Of a DNA stretch of 64,000 nucleotides, positions 12,579 through 27,473 are shown piece after piece. A model generated the notes under the pieces. That model worked only from the letters and a program-made list of their open reading frames with translations, was not told where the DNA came from and made no database searches. The position numbers and the translations under genes were made by a program. The stretch's first letter is position 1. Each line of letters opens with the position of its first letter. The stretch lies in assembly GCA_951406725.2 (NCBI GenBank), contig OX597816.1, forward strand, positions 145,080,001 through 145,144,000, in the 5' to 3' direction. This stretch comes from Octopus vulgaris (Eukaryota).

Positions 12579-13724
12579 TATATACACACAAATATATTCG
12601 TGTTTATATTTATAAATTAAATTAGATTACCAAGAACTGTAAAATGTTTTATATATAGTTATTTATATATTCTGAATGTATTAGCAATATTACATATAAG
12701 ATAAATATATTTATATTTTCTAACACGTGCTTGATATTTACATATGCATTTGATTTATTTTGACGAAAAGACTGCTTGGAGCTATTGAAAAATGTCTCGG
12801 ATAAAGATATGAAGAGAATGATTAGATGTTTTCTGAATTTTAAATACTTCATTGAATATAATATCGATATTATAATTATCTAAATTTAAAGGAATATTAA
12901 AGATATTTGTCAGCTCATCAAATTAATAATTACAAAAAAAAAAATAACTGAAATAAGCGCGAAAATTAATTAAAAATCCAAGTAAGGAAAAGTAGGAAAT
13001 TAATATGCTGTTTAATTATCACATGAATTTGCATAGAATATATAAAATAAGTTTGCCAAAATTATTTGCTGTCAAATTCATTTAGTCATTATCAGTAGCA
13101 ATTTTCAGTTTTATATCAGTGGAGCAAATATCTTGACAAAATATTTTGAAGATTTAAAAATGTAAAGACAGAGAAAGCAAATATATGAATAAAATATGAA
13201 GTAACAGTAGTTAACAGTATATTAATTAGTTATTAGTAGTATTACCTTAAAATATATAGTTATTTTCGAATAATTATTATTTACAATTATTAGTTATAAT
13301 TGTTTCATATTTATTCCTAGGTGTCGCTGTTGTTTGTATTGTATATGTTATTCTCTTGCTGGTATTAAATTGTTACAAATCACGTTGAATTATGCATGAT
13401 GTCGAAGCAGAACAAATCGTTAGCCACAAGCTGCTCTCTTCGTAAGTTATATCAATTTTCATTTCAACACGTCATCAGCTAACACACCACACTGGAAAAT
13501 ACACGATTAGATTTTATGGCTGGAAATTGGTGTTCACGCTTTATTAATTTTGCTTCTAGAATTCCCATATTTACACTTATTTCTTCATTGAAGTAATAGA
13601 ATGTAATGTATGAAAGAGAACCTCCGCCCCGCAAAGATGAGCATCTAAATAATAAAACTACTACTACTAATACTACTACTACTACTACAAGTAATAATAA
13701 TAATAATAATAATCATACCGGGTA

Positions 13725-13841
13725 AAGCCGATGAAAGACGAAGTCGACATCGGCAGAATTTGAACTCAGAACCTAGCAAAGGGTGAAATAACGCTAAGCA
13801 TTTTGTCCAGCGTGCTAACGATTCTTCCCAACTCGCTGCTT
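13725..13841 (-). mobile_element. tRNA-derived SINE, family A, 5' part
   Basis: The reverse complement matches the family A head and TTCTGAGTTCAAATTC.GCCGA.GTCGACTT. It is flanked by (TAA)n on both sides. Confidence 0.8.
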
Positions 13842-13843
13842 TC

Positions 13844-14490
<647 letters not shown>

Positions 14491-15094
14491 AATTATAATC
14501 GTAGCATTATAGCAGCCGTAGTTGGCTTATTATTGTTATTATCATCACCATTATTATCACTATCATCATTATCACCACCATTACCATCATCATTATCATC
14601 ATCGCCATCACCATCATCATTATCAATGATATTGTTTTATGTGTAGTCACAGCAGTATCTTATTATTGTTATTTTTGTTTTTTATCATTATCACCATCAG
14701 AGTAGTGTCTGTCTGTCTCGTTGGCTGGCTTGGTGGTTGGCTGGCTGACTGTCTTCAACGCCAGAGTTCTTGCCTGTCAAATAATACTTTCATCTTTGGT
14801 TAATAATAGAGCCGAGGTGAGGTTTGTGTTGGTTGAACTCTTTGAGTGTGTGTGTGTGTAAATAGATAAATAGATTATCAGCACTATTACTATCATTATT
14901 ATCATCATCACCATCATCACCATCACCATCTGTAATTAAAAAATTTTTTTTTTTAGGTGGGGTCCTATCGGTCAAAAAAAGTTCAAATGTTTACTACTAT
15001 TAGCTTTAAGAAAAATTAAGGAAGGGCTGTTCTGTATTGTTTGTGAATAGAGAAGTTGTGTCCGACCAGAGAGAATCTAAGCATCATTATTTTT

Positions 15095-15432
15095 TTAGGC
15101 GGTTACAATACCAGTGATCGTAGGAGCACTAGGAATGATCAAGAAGGGAACCGAAAATTATATGAGAATGATCCCTGGCTTACCATCCCTGCAAGAAGTG
15201 CAAAAGATTGTCTTAACTGGTACATCACACGTATTGAGAAGAGCATTGTCGATGTGAGAACTGTTGCTGCTCATGTATTTTAATTTAACTTAAAAAAAAA
15301 AGTGAACGAACGAACTATTGAGTTTGGTTTAATGGCCTGCCAATGTATACACTATGAGTTTCTTTGCCCTAGGAGTCGGGAAGACACTCGGCAAGAAATG
15401 GAAGCAAATTTGAAAGAAGAAAAAAAAAGTAA
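15095..15432 (+). mobile_element. 3' end of an R4/Dong-type LINE followed by (TAA)n
   Basis: Reading frame AVTIPVIVGALGMIKKGTENYMRMIPGLPSLQEVQKIVLTGTSHVLRRALSM* (RLE C-terminal PVIVGALG motif), then a 3' UTR and (TAA)n at 15433-15507. A probable second 3' UTR lies at about 15550-15635. Confidence 0.8.
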
Positions 15433-15433
15433 C

Positions 15434-15497
<64 letters not shown>

Positions 15498-16539
15498 GTA
15501 ATAATAATACATTCATTAGTACAACACCAAAAACTCCCCCTCCCCAATATATGGCATACTAGGCATAACAACAACATGAACTTCCAACCTGTTGTCTCTT
15601 GGGGTCTCTGGGTGAGACTTGGAGCCAATAATAACTCCGGGCTGAATAACAACATGGACGTACACTAAGAAGTTCTATCCACAAAGCAAACTCAATCCAA
15701 TAACATTGGTGCGATGGAAGGAAAACTTTGCAATACAACAATGGGAAAAGTTATGTTAAAGCAGAACTAAAAATCCGGAAAGATTTTTGTCATATAAAGT
15801 ATAGTTTCTTTCTTAAAAGCACGATGTCTTAATGCAACATACGCGAGAAGTCGAAACCAGCACCAGGAACCCTGAAAAAAAGGGGTAACACAGTACGTAC
15901 TTAAATACTCAGAATCTAAAAAGTTTGAAGAAATACTACCAGGCATTTTTGGATGCTCTATTTTTTGATAATAATAATGGTTTTAAATTTTTGGGGAAGA
16001 CTAACAAGTTTAGATGGATACATTAATCAATTTCTTTAACTCCAGTGCGCTACTGGCACTTATCTTATTGACTTTGAAATAATGAAAGCCAATGTCGATC
16101 ATGGCGGACCTTTCAGATCGCATTTATGTTAGATTAGCAGATACTGACACTCTAGGATGCAAGGAATTCGAAGATTCACATAAACGTCTATTGTGATCTG
16201 TATAGAAAACCTCGAAAAGCTACTGGAAGTTGTTGTGTCGCTCCGAATATAAATAAATAAGAAGAAATAAATTTATTAATCCAATTTACATCGAATATTT
16301 TTTTATGGATTACAATAAGTAGAAATTACAAAAAAAATGTTCTTCGGAATTTACATAAAAAATCGGATTAAGCCCTTTGGCTGTTTGGCTGATTTGGGCA
16401 AGTTGGTAGGAGGTAAAAAAGGGTTAATAATTATAAGGAAAAAAGAAACACCCTTTGCAAGCAAGACAGTCAAAAACGTATATAAAAAGTAAATATCTTT
16501 AAATCTGGAAATACAAAATATTACAAATGTTATAAATAT

Positions 16540-16874
16540 TGTAGGTCTATTAAATAAAGTTTATAAATGAGTTTGGTTTAGAAGGTAGGTTTTTAATAAT
16601 TTTTGAAATTTGACAGCGAAAAAATGTTTTTTCGTGGTAAAATATTATTCCATATGTTAATACTGTTATAAATAAAGCATTTTTGACAAATTGATATTCA
16701 ACAAAACGGCGTTTCAAAATTCAAGTCAGCGATACCTCTAGTTTGGTACTTAAGAGAGAGAGAATGGCGACGGATAGTTTCATAGAAATAAATATGGCGG
16801 TGATGGTGAAATATTTTTGTGGAACTTGATGCCAGAGTTGTATATATACATACATACATACACACATACACACG

Positions 16875-16907
<33 letters not shown>

Positions 16908-17450
16908 TATCATTATTATTATTATTATCAAATGAAAGTAATTTTGATTGAGGATTGTTTATTTTGAGAGTCTTCTGATTTATGAATGGCATGGTTGTGT
17001 AAGCGAACTTTGCAGTTTCCCAAGGCAGCAATACAGCAAGAGAATTTTGAGTATATCAAAGAATAATTGTGATTGTAACATTTGCGAGAAGGTAAAAAAA
17101 TTCTATTTGACATGGCAAGAGTACGGGAATTTTGTTTTAATAAATTGCTTCTATGTGTTTTGAAACTGAGGGACTCGTCAATATGAATGCCGAGAAATTT
17201 TGTTGATGTTACACGTGAAATTGCTTTTCTTGCGATGAGGAAGAAATTGCTTGGTCATTGTGGAGAAAAGCATGTAGCAGGGTTTTTTAAATTTTTTACT
17301 AAAGGTAAGCCGATTAGCGATAAGCCATTGATAAACGTTGTCCAGTTCTGAATTAACTGTAATATATAAAGCCCAGCAAGATAGGGTTGGAGTGTTAGTT
17401 AAGCGGAAAATGTTTAGCACATTGGTCGGCTACATATGGCGGGTGCACTA
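16540..17450 (-). mobile_element. L2/Crack-like LINE RT C-terminal remnant
   Basis: In order on the minus strand: VNSELDNVYQWLIANRL..YMLFS, YSLIYSKFSCCIAALG, and IYNSINIWNNILP..FK. It is interrupted by microsatellites at 16845-16928. Confidence 0.7.
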
Positions 17451-17981
17451 AAGAAAATATAGAATGGATCTATTGAACTGTTTTTCGGCATGAAATACGA
17501 AGGTTCATTTGTTTGATCACCAAAGATGCATTTTGAGACAAAAATGAATGAAAATGTTTGTTTATCTGGGAACTATAAACTCTACGTGGCAACAAATCTG
17601 TATTTCCTTATTTAACGGAATACAATGGGCGTTTAAATATCGAATTCCACGCCGATGTCTGTAGTTTTTCAGCAGATTATTACTGAAATATTCGTTAGAA
17701 ACGACAAGGCGGTATGGACTGTAATGCTTTTCTTGACGGCCTGTCTCTCGGTGAGTAACGCTAAATCTCCAAACAACCGGTGTCAGTAGCTAAAGAAGTG
17801 AATGATATGAGCTTCTGTGAAAGGAACAAATCGGTGAAAAAGGAGGACCAGCAATACAAGCTGTATTGAAACATACTATACATGTTCAATACTGTTTCGT
17901 AGTTGTCACTTGCAACAAGGAGCAAATTACAAGATTTCACTTACTTGTTTCAGTTATTTCCATTATAATCCTTGACTAATA

Positions 17982-18196
17982 GGCGACCAGCTGGCAGAAA
18001 CGTTAACACGCTGGGCGAAATGCTTAGCGGTACTTCGTTTGCCGTTACGTTCCGAGTTCAAATTCCGCCGAGGTGGACTTTACTTTTCATTCTTTCGGAG
18101 TCAATAAATTAAGTACCTGTTGAGTACTGGGGTCGATCTAATCGACTGGGCCCCTCACCCAAAATTTTGGGCCTTGTGCCTAGAGTACAAACGATT
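17982..18196 (+). mobile_element. tRNA-derived SINE, family A, tail type 2
   Basis: GGCGACCAGCTGGCAGAAACGTTA... head with B-box-like GAGTTCAAATTCC, and tail GGCCTTGTGCCTAGAGTA. Confidence 0.9.
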
Positions 18197-18913
18197 ATAA
18201 TTCTTGGCTTAGCTGCACACCTTTACATGATATTCTAGCACTTAATTTAATTTATTCCTTTTAAAATGTTCATTTCTTCTCCATCCTTGTTTTTATTTAT
18301 TTTTCTTCAAACCTTACTTTTTATTCCCATTTGCCGCCATTTTACTTCACTACCTTTCTGTTTTACATTCATAACGCTTATTTACAATTTGTTTTCTTAT
18401 ATATTTTTATATTTTTCGCTTTCACATTTTTGCCAATTCTTCTTTCCTCTATTCTGTGTTATATATCTGTCACAGGTTTTCATATTCCTGGCACACATTG
18501 CATAACCCCTAATCACTTTATAGTCTTTACTTTTATTTTCATGTTGATGTGATTTATTATTACTATTTAATGTACCCTGGTAATATGGTAAAAACATATA
18601 ATCTCTCTATTAAAAATTTATGATATACCCCAAACTTTCTACTACATCTCTTTTTAATAATTCTCTCATTTTGTATTGTTCAATTTGATCCTACGTTCAT
18701 AAATGAGAAACCCCGTGTCACGAATTATGAACATTCCCATTCAAATAGGATGGAAAGCTCTACTTTCAATAGTGAGTATTCTTTTTCCATTATTGTACAC
18801 ATACCTTTCCATACACAATTACAAATCCCATACTTACATTCATTCATACATTCACACATACATAAGTATATATATATATACATACATACATATATATATT
18901 TACATGTATATAT

Positions 18914-18975
<62 letters not shown>

Positions 18976-19312
18976 GTACATGTGTGTACTCGTGTGTATG
19001 TGATTATGTGTATGTGTGTGTGTGCGTGAGTGTGTGTTGGTAATAGTCTTAATGCTGCTCTATTTCTCCAACAATTTTTCTTTCACTAGAAAAAGTCATT
19101 TCTAAGTAACATCGACTTGTTTTGTCCAGATATTTCCCACCTAAATAATGTTTGTCAGATGTCATTTTCTGATCCTCTTCAGTATATTATATTTGGCATA
19201 TATTTATTATAAGCTTATCGGAAAATTTTCTTGAAAATTAAATTATATATGAATGTATCTAGAGACTACGTGTGTTTTGTTCAGAAATATGTATGTATGA
19301 ATTATTATTAAT

Positions 19313-19366
<54 letters not shown>

Positions 19367-22197
19367 GTACGATATATATAAATATGTATATACATATTTA
19401 TGTACATTGATATGTTGTCAAATATTTATTTTCGTAAATTGTCTTCTTAGATTAAAATTGAATGATGAAGTAGACAAAATCAATTGCAAAAGAAATAAAT
19501 ACCGTGCCTCAGTGTGGGTGTGTATGTGTGCTTGTGCATTTACGTGCCTACTCTGTGTGTATGTATGAGTATGTGTGAGTCTTTTGTTTCATTTCTGTTT
19601 TTGGGAGTATTGAGTGTGTTTGTATGTGTGAATACCTCTCATAAGATTAAAAATAAATATATGTCATTTTTTTCTTTCGGCCATCGATGATATATTTAAT
19701 GGGATAACTTTTATTGACTACAAGGAATCAATTAATTGTTTTCTTACATCTAGCAAAACAAACAATTAAAAGACTGATTTATATTCCACTTTCTCCAGTT
19801 TTTCCTTTTTATTAGTAGACTGCACAACGTTTGGCTTCGCGACAATCTTTTGCTACGCTACAGGAAAATTTAAAGGCATATGAAGCTTCGTGACCAAAAA
19901 CATAGCTACGCAATCACTTAGTTTCCGGTTTCATAGCTTCATGTCGTTTCCGACCGAAGGAGTGAATTTCAGTATTCGAAAATTGAACAGAAATACGTGA
20001 CCGAGGATGAGACTTAATGTCAGGTAGTTTATGCTTTATGTTTGTCGTTTTCGTTAGGCATTTTGTTTACCAAAATTTTACTTACTAGATAGAACTGATA
20101 TGACCTGAGGATGAAATACTAATCTTGACATAGTTCTTCCTCCCTTCTCTTGATTTTTTTTGAAATTTGAAAAGCTGGTAATGAGCACTATTATTAATTC
20201 TTCCAATTATTTGCATAATAATATAAATCCAATTTTTCTAAAGATTCATGAAAATGTACGTGGCACGTCTTGTAACACAGCTCTACTGATTTGATTAAGA
20301 TAATTATCACAAATCTTTATGAAAAACAAAAATACAAACAAACAAACAAATTCAGCCATGCTTTCTCACAATTTACAAGGAAAAGACAAGAGCACAGATC
20401 TCTTTTCATGTTCTCGGAGACTGGTGGAATGAAGCAAGGAATATATTTTACTGGAGACTTGAGTGAAATAATTTTAAGTGTGTCTCCACCCTTAAACTGG
20501 ATAATGAACGAAGACGTATTTTCCCCAAAATGTTCTTGCACCTGATTGCTTTGCCGCCCATTCGTCTTTGTAAGAAGTACAGAAACAGATACATCTAGTG
20601 TAATAGGCATCGAAGAAAAATATATGTTTCTCTGAAAAGCTTTCGGCAAATATCACATTAGAATCGTGAATATATTGTCGACAATAGTTTTCTCTTACTT
20701 GCGTAAAAAATGATTTCTGTTGGAAAGAAACGTCTCAGTATTTGTCAAAACAAAATATAGAATTTGGCGTAACTTCTGAAAATTATGAAACTGATGGCTT
20801 ATTTATTCAGATCACGTTATGAATCCCTCTCCTAAATCAACTACCTAAATTACTTTGAAAAATATTCCAGTTACTTTAGATAACAGGTTAAGCATCAATT
20901 TAAAACACACAATACGAAAACAAATGAATATGAGAATTAAATATTTTTGAGATTGTTATTTTTCGAGATAAATTGCTATTATTTGAAAAATAGTATTCGG
21001 ACTTTAATCTTCAGACAAAAAACAAAAGAACCAAAAATGCAACGAAAAATATTTTCCACATCTACAGTACTTAAGTGATGTCTGGCCCACCTCAATCTAT
21101 CAAAAGAACACCTATATCTAAGCTATTAAATGTTGGGGACATATCCATTAGTCAGAACTGAATTGCCAGGTTAAAGCAGTTAAAACAGACAAAATGAAAA
21201 AGAAAATTATGAAAGTATTTTATATGAGAAAAGTTAGCTAAAACACAGACAATATTAAGGAAAGGATATTCGTAAGAAAAATGTATAGAAAAGTATATAA
21301 TGTGTGTGATTTGTCTTCATAACATATTCATTTAAGAACTTTAACCACAGTATTTGATATGTCTTCTTCGTATTAATAAAACCATGGTCTTAATTTCTTA
21401 TTTCTTGTATGTCATTTTTCTTGTACTTTCAAGGTTTCATGATACTCAACTAGAATGTGATATAGCCACTTAATAAGTACTCAGTCATTTGGAGCGATCA
21501 ATCTCATGTTTACTTTGCTCTTATTGGTCATTTTGTCTCATATTGCTGTCTATACTTATTTGACTTCTTTGTCCGTTTTCCAGTCTTCGTTTTATCCGCT
21601 CATTATTTTATCATTGATTTTTTTTCCTTCTATTCTACACTTCTGTATTTATTTCTCATATTTGTTTACTATACTTCTTAGGTTGTATCTCATGTATAAA
21701 ATAATGTTTTTCGTGATATTTTTGATATATTTTCTTTCTTCTGGCTTATGCTTAATATTCTTTTCAAATATATTTTTCGTTCTAACTTCTTTATGGATAT
21801 ATATACATATATCCAAACATACATGCATACATACATAGATACATACATACGTACCTACTACGTGTGTATGTATGTATGTATGTATGTATGTATGTATGTA
21901 TGTATGTATGTATGTATGTATATATGTGTATACATACATATGTATATATATAAATAAGTATATAATATATATGTATATATATGCATATATACATATATAT
22001 GTATATATATATGCATGTATATATCTTTTCTTTTTATTTGTTTTCACTTCATACATCGACTTATTTATGAATTTATTTATGTATACTTTTTATTATTTAT
22101 ATATATTGGAAAATAAGGAATTGAAGAATAGTCTTCAAACTATTTGCTTTGATATTTATCTGTGCATTTACCTTCCATCCATCCTTCTATGTATGTA

Positions 22198-22233
<36 letters not shown>

Positions 22234-22243
22234 TGTATGTATG

Positions 22244-22274
<31 letters not shown>

Positions 22275-22421
22275 GTATGTATGCTTGCATGTATGTATGT
22301 ATCTATCTATTTTTTTATCTCATGTATATATACGTATATGTATATGTGTATATATGTATGTATATATATATGTGTATATATATATGTATATATGTATGCA
22401 TAAATGTGGATATATATATAA

Positions 22422-22465
<44 letters not shown>

Positions 22466-22854
22466 ATACGTTTTTTATTCTTTACAGTGTATTTCTAAAA
22501 CTCTCCAAGTAAGCATTATATTTGCTCATCACTTTACATTTTATTTATTTAGTTTTGTAGCTTTTTGATATTCATGTTCTTATCATTTTCCCATATGTTT
22601 CTTAGGTGAGTTCTCTCTGTATATTGGATAATTTATGTGAAACTATTTAATGATCTACTTATTTATTTCTACATTATCTCCCTTTTGTATAAGTCTTTCT
22701 GTTGGTCTGTCTGTTTGTCTCTCTCACCCTCCATTGAAATCATAAATTAGAACTTAGCTCAATTAGAGCACTTTAATTCTGGCCTTAATTCTGAGCATTG
22801 TTAAAGTGAACAATCGGTACTTAAAATTGTATAATTTATATATATATATATATA

Positions 22855-23055
22855 AAGTTAATCCAAACATGAAAACACAAAGAGAAAACACAACAATGCG
22901 AGGACGTGGAACAAATATAGTATTATTGGACGCTCAGGAAGGAAGGAAAGAAGGAGGATGTAGCGTTTCGTGCGGAGCTCTTCGTCAGAAACAGGAAAAG
23001 GAAAGATCCAGAGAAGGGAAGACGGGGGAAAAAAATTGCCAACGGTACACACGCG
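22855..23055 (-). mobile_element. ~200-bp hammerhead-bearing element (Penelope pLTR- or retrozyme-like), copy 1
   Basis: The reverse complement is homologous along its length to 37946-38152. It abuts a (TA)n tract. Confidence 0.7.
22957..22992 (-). ncRNA. Minimal type-I hammerhead ribozyme motif (degenerate stems)
   Basis: Minus strand: gttt-CTGACGA-a-gagc-tcc-gcac-GAAAC-gc-TA. The core is intact; stem II has one mismatch and stem I is decayed. Confidence 0.6.
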
Positions 23056-23571
23056 TTCTCCAGTTGATCTGGATCTTAATCATCGTAATTATCAACTTTG
23101 TACACCCTCCTGTGTGCATTCGTCTTGTATTGAATACGTCAAGCAATGAAGAAAATAAAATAAATGAATATTAATAGGTACTAATTTAAATCATGTTACA
23201 AGTGTTTCAGTAGCCTGGCACTTTACTTAGGCTTTATGTATTGCATCATTATTTTCTATGTTAAATGTCCGACAGTGTTTTCGGCGACCTGTAAAAAATA
23301 TCGGTATCAAGAAATGTCAGGAGTCCCGTCTTAATCACACCAGTTGTTGATAGTGTTCATAGCAGCATCATTTCATTCTTAAGAATTGGGAATGGTTACT
23401 TAATATCTGTATCAGAGGGTAAATATTTATCACCTGCGTGTTCAGTGACAAGTATTTTATAAGCCTGTACATAATCAACCAAAAAGCCAAGCCAAAGAAA
23501 TCTCTTTGTCGTCAGGTAATCATTAAAAAGTATAACGCTAATAAAAGCAACTGTGTAAGAAACATACTTTT

Positions 23572-23769
23572 TTCTACTTGTTTCACTTATTTGACTGTGG
23601 CCATGCTGGGGCACTGCCTAGAAGAATGGATCGTCTCCTGTACCTACATTTTTCCAAGCCTGGTACTTATTCTATCGGTTATATTTGCCGAACCGCTATT
23701 TACAGGGACATAACACTCCAACACCAGCCTTGCCAAGCAGTAGTGGGTACATACACACACATGCGCGCG

Positions 23770-23770
<1 letters not shown>
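23572..23770 (-). mobile_element. SINE family B, 3' half
   Basis: TACTTGTTTCACTTATTTGACTGTGGCCATGCTGG..GTACTTATTCTATCGG..GCCGAACCGCTA matches 55862-56070. Confidence 0.85.
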
Positions 23771-24112
<342 letters not shown>

Positions 24113-24473
24113 GAATCAAACTGTTTTAAATAGTAACATATACAACTCTTACTATATATAAGTCATTTATTTCACTTATCAATACTGCAAACAGAACAAG
24201 GCCCGCTGCATGCTATATCACCGGCTATGACTATATGCTAAATGGTTTGAACACCAATGACGAAACATCGTTGTCTGTCGCTCCGAGAAAGGACCTGATG
24301 TGAGTTGTCTCGCTTGCCTGTGACTTACTTTCTGGAGATTTTTCTTTACACCAGGCGCATCGAGAATATATTCTCTTACGCCTAAAAAAACGCAGCCTGC
24401 ACTGGAACTGTTCCATCTTGTTTGTATACATCGAGCTGCTTCTAATTCATATTCGAATATACATACACGTGCA

Positions 24474-24519
<46 letters not shown>

Positions 24520-24556
24520 GTATATCTATCTGTGATATGTCTGTCTGTCTATTTAC

Positions 24557-24623
<67 letters not shown>

Positions 24624-24632
24624 CACACACAC

Positions 24633-24679
<47 letters not shown>

Positions 24680-25374
24680 CATACAAACAGAAGTCAATCA
24701 GACGTACACATTGAATATATTAGACTGACGCCCACTGAAAATTTTAGATGGAAAAATAAGAGTGGAAATGATATTTCGAGCATTGCACTTCGTTTGGAAA
24801 GAGAAAAAAGCCCAGAGATGAAGAAAAGGAGGTAGAAGCAGATAGCTAGAGAAAAGCACATGTGTCTTTAGATGACTTACGAATAACTGACCGGGAGTGT
24901 GGAGAGAGATAGAGAATGTAGTTTTTAAAAGTAGTAGAGTGCAAAATGGTCATTGTGGTTGTGACTGTGCGTGCGAGAGTTTGTGCGTAGAGTGTATGTG
25001 TATTTATATCTTTATGCGCGCGCACTTGCGCATGTGTGGTAGCGAGTAGCATGCTTGTATATTAGAGAGTGCTCCGTGGGATGGTCGTATATGTGTTCTC
25101 TGTGCTTGTGTTGAAGTGTTTGTGTCTGAGAGTGGATCTAAGAGGTTAGCAGCAGTAGGCTATAGCAGCAGAAGAACTAAGCAGCAGATAGACGTGGGGT
25201 CAAGGGCCTTGGTGATGGGTATCTGAATGCGTGTATATTGCTGTGTCTGTACGTATGGGTTTATGTGTTCCTGCGTGTGTATGTGTTATATAAGCGCTAC
25301 TAGTGTTTTCTATACCGAGAATATATATATATATATACTCTTTTACTTGTTTCAATCATTTGACTGTGACCATG

Positions 25375-26010
25375 CATCCGATTGCGCTCAAATTAGATAT
25401 GTAGATACCGACGGTATAAGGGCGTGTATAAGTCTTGAAAAAATTACAAAAATCGATTCCAGGTGAGAATGCGATCGATAAAGCCGTGGGAACGTGCATT
25501 TGTACGCACAAGTACATCAGCTGTTGCGATCGATACTACGCAAACGCGAGAAAAATGCACGTGCAGTTTGCGCAAAAAAGTCATCATGCTTTTCCATCTA
25601 GATTTACCTCCAGCTAACTCATTTGCATGCATCGTTTTTGTCCTGCTTTTCCCCCGTCAACCTGTACATAACTGCACCTTCCATTCTTTGTTGTTTTTGT
25701 ACTGCTTAATGGCATGTTTCTTTCCTGCCAAGCTTACTGTTTAAACCATGTTTGTGTTCTCCCAGTCAACAGCCTTATCATTACTGGTACTTTAAACTCT
25801 TCGGTTGCAAATTTGTGTGAATAAAATCGTTTTCCTTTGGAATAGAAAAAAAGTCTATCTTTATTTATTCTTTTGCTTGTGTCTCAAATTTAGGATAAAT
25901 CCTATGGGACGGTTAAATCCTATGGGACGGTCGGACAAGTTGTTTTGAGAAAACTTGGTTTAAATGTTTGACAACTCAGCACCGTCCATTGGACGAGGGG
26001 CATTTTGCTC
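25375..26010. mobile_element. Unclassified non-autonomous DNA element (MITE- or Helentron-like)
   Basis: CpG-rich complex block that truncates a SINE B tail at 25375. It begins with a CATCCGATTGCGCTCAAATT motif and has an internal 18-bp tandem duplication, TAAATCCTATGGGACGGT x2, at 25896-25931. Confidence 0.35.
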
Positions 26011-26031
26011 ATATATATATATGTATATAAA

Positions 26032-26190
26032 ATCGCAGGAGTGGCTGTATGGTAAGTAGCTTGCTTTTCAACCACATCGTTCTAGGTTCAGTGTCACTGC
26101 GTGACACTTTCATCAAGTGTTTCCTTCTATAGCCTCGGGCTAAACAGAGCCTTGTGAGTGGATTTGCTAGACGGAATCTGGAAGTCGTAT
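26032..26190 (+). mobile_element. SINE family B head
   Basis: CGCAGGAGTGGCTGTATGGTAAGTAGCTTGCT..GGTTCAGTGTCACTGCGTG..CCTTGTGAGTGGATTTG. Confidence 0.85.
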
Positions 26191-26309
26191 ATATATATAT
26201 GTATTGCGTATAGGATTCTAACTTCAATGTTACTGAATGTTATCTTTTAGAAACCCGATTCTATAAATAGCATTACTATAATACTTTGCATTAGGTGTCT
26301 TCTAAAATA

Positions 26310-26406
26310 TTAGAAGACACCTACCCAAGGTGCTACGCAGTGGGACTGAACTAGGAATCATGTGGTTGGCAAGAAAACTACTTACCACCCAGCCACGCCT
26401 GCGCCT
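26310..26406 (-). mobile_element. SINE family B head (truncated)
   Basis: Reverse complement of GGCGCAGGCGTGGCTG.GTGGTAAG..GTTCAGTCCCACTGCGTAGCACCTTGGG. Confidence 0.85.
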
Positions 26407-27413
26407 ATATGTATGTTTGTGTGCTGGAAATCATAGTGGTAGTGAAATCTGCACATGCATGTATAAGTATGTATATAGTCATTCATCTTAGAATTAGATA
26501 CGATCTAAAATACAACTTCGTCCTACCAGATGCTTGTTATATTCTATGTAGTAGTAAAGTTAGAAGAAACTTTCTATTTCAATCGCAGGTTTGTATTAGA
26601 AATAAAGATGCTGGTTGGAAGAAACACTTCTTTTTCGGGCCATATGTAATTCTCTTTACTTTAACTGTAAGTAATTATATATATCAGACTGCACGGGCTT
26701 CTAACAGCTGTGTGTATTGAACCATTTAAGTTTTTATTACCACAAAATACTCATTGATTATACACAATGATACACATAGACGGAATCACACACAGAAATA
26801 TGCAAACATACACATATATGCATCGCAATTAACTCTTTCTGTTTCAAACCAGTAATTTCGCAAGCGAACCTATCCCGACGTGAATACATTTCATTTTATC
26901 TTCCCTCTCTCTCTCACTCTTATCCCACTCTCCATATAGGTGTGCCTGCGCGCATTTGTGTGAATGTGTGTGTCGGCGTCTGGGTCTCTGTCTCTGTGTA
27001 TCTTTGTAATAGCCAAAATTCATGTTTTATTTTTTCAGTGAATATATATGCCTGTTATAAATTAGTCTGTGTTTATGTCTATCTCTGCCTGTCTGTCTGT
27101 CTCTCTTCCTCCTTCTCTCTCTCACTGTGAGTAAATGTGTGCGTGTACGTGCATCTGTATATGTATGTATATGTGTGTGTATATATCTATGTGTATGTGT
27201 ATGTACATATTTATACATATACACATATGTATATACATATATATATATATGTATATATCTATATCTATAAATCTATATCTGTATCTATATATATACATAT
27301 ATATCTGTATCTAATATATATGTCAATATCTACATTTATACATACATAAACTCATAGATTCATATTATATATATATATTTATATATGTATGAATATATAA
27401 TATGAATATAAGC

Positions 27414-27473
<60 letters not shown>

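Noticed and set aside
20317-20649. 110-aa minus-strand ORF in non-repetitive sequence
   Set aside because: No recognisable motif or supported splice structure.
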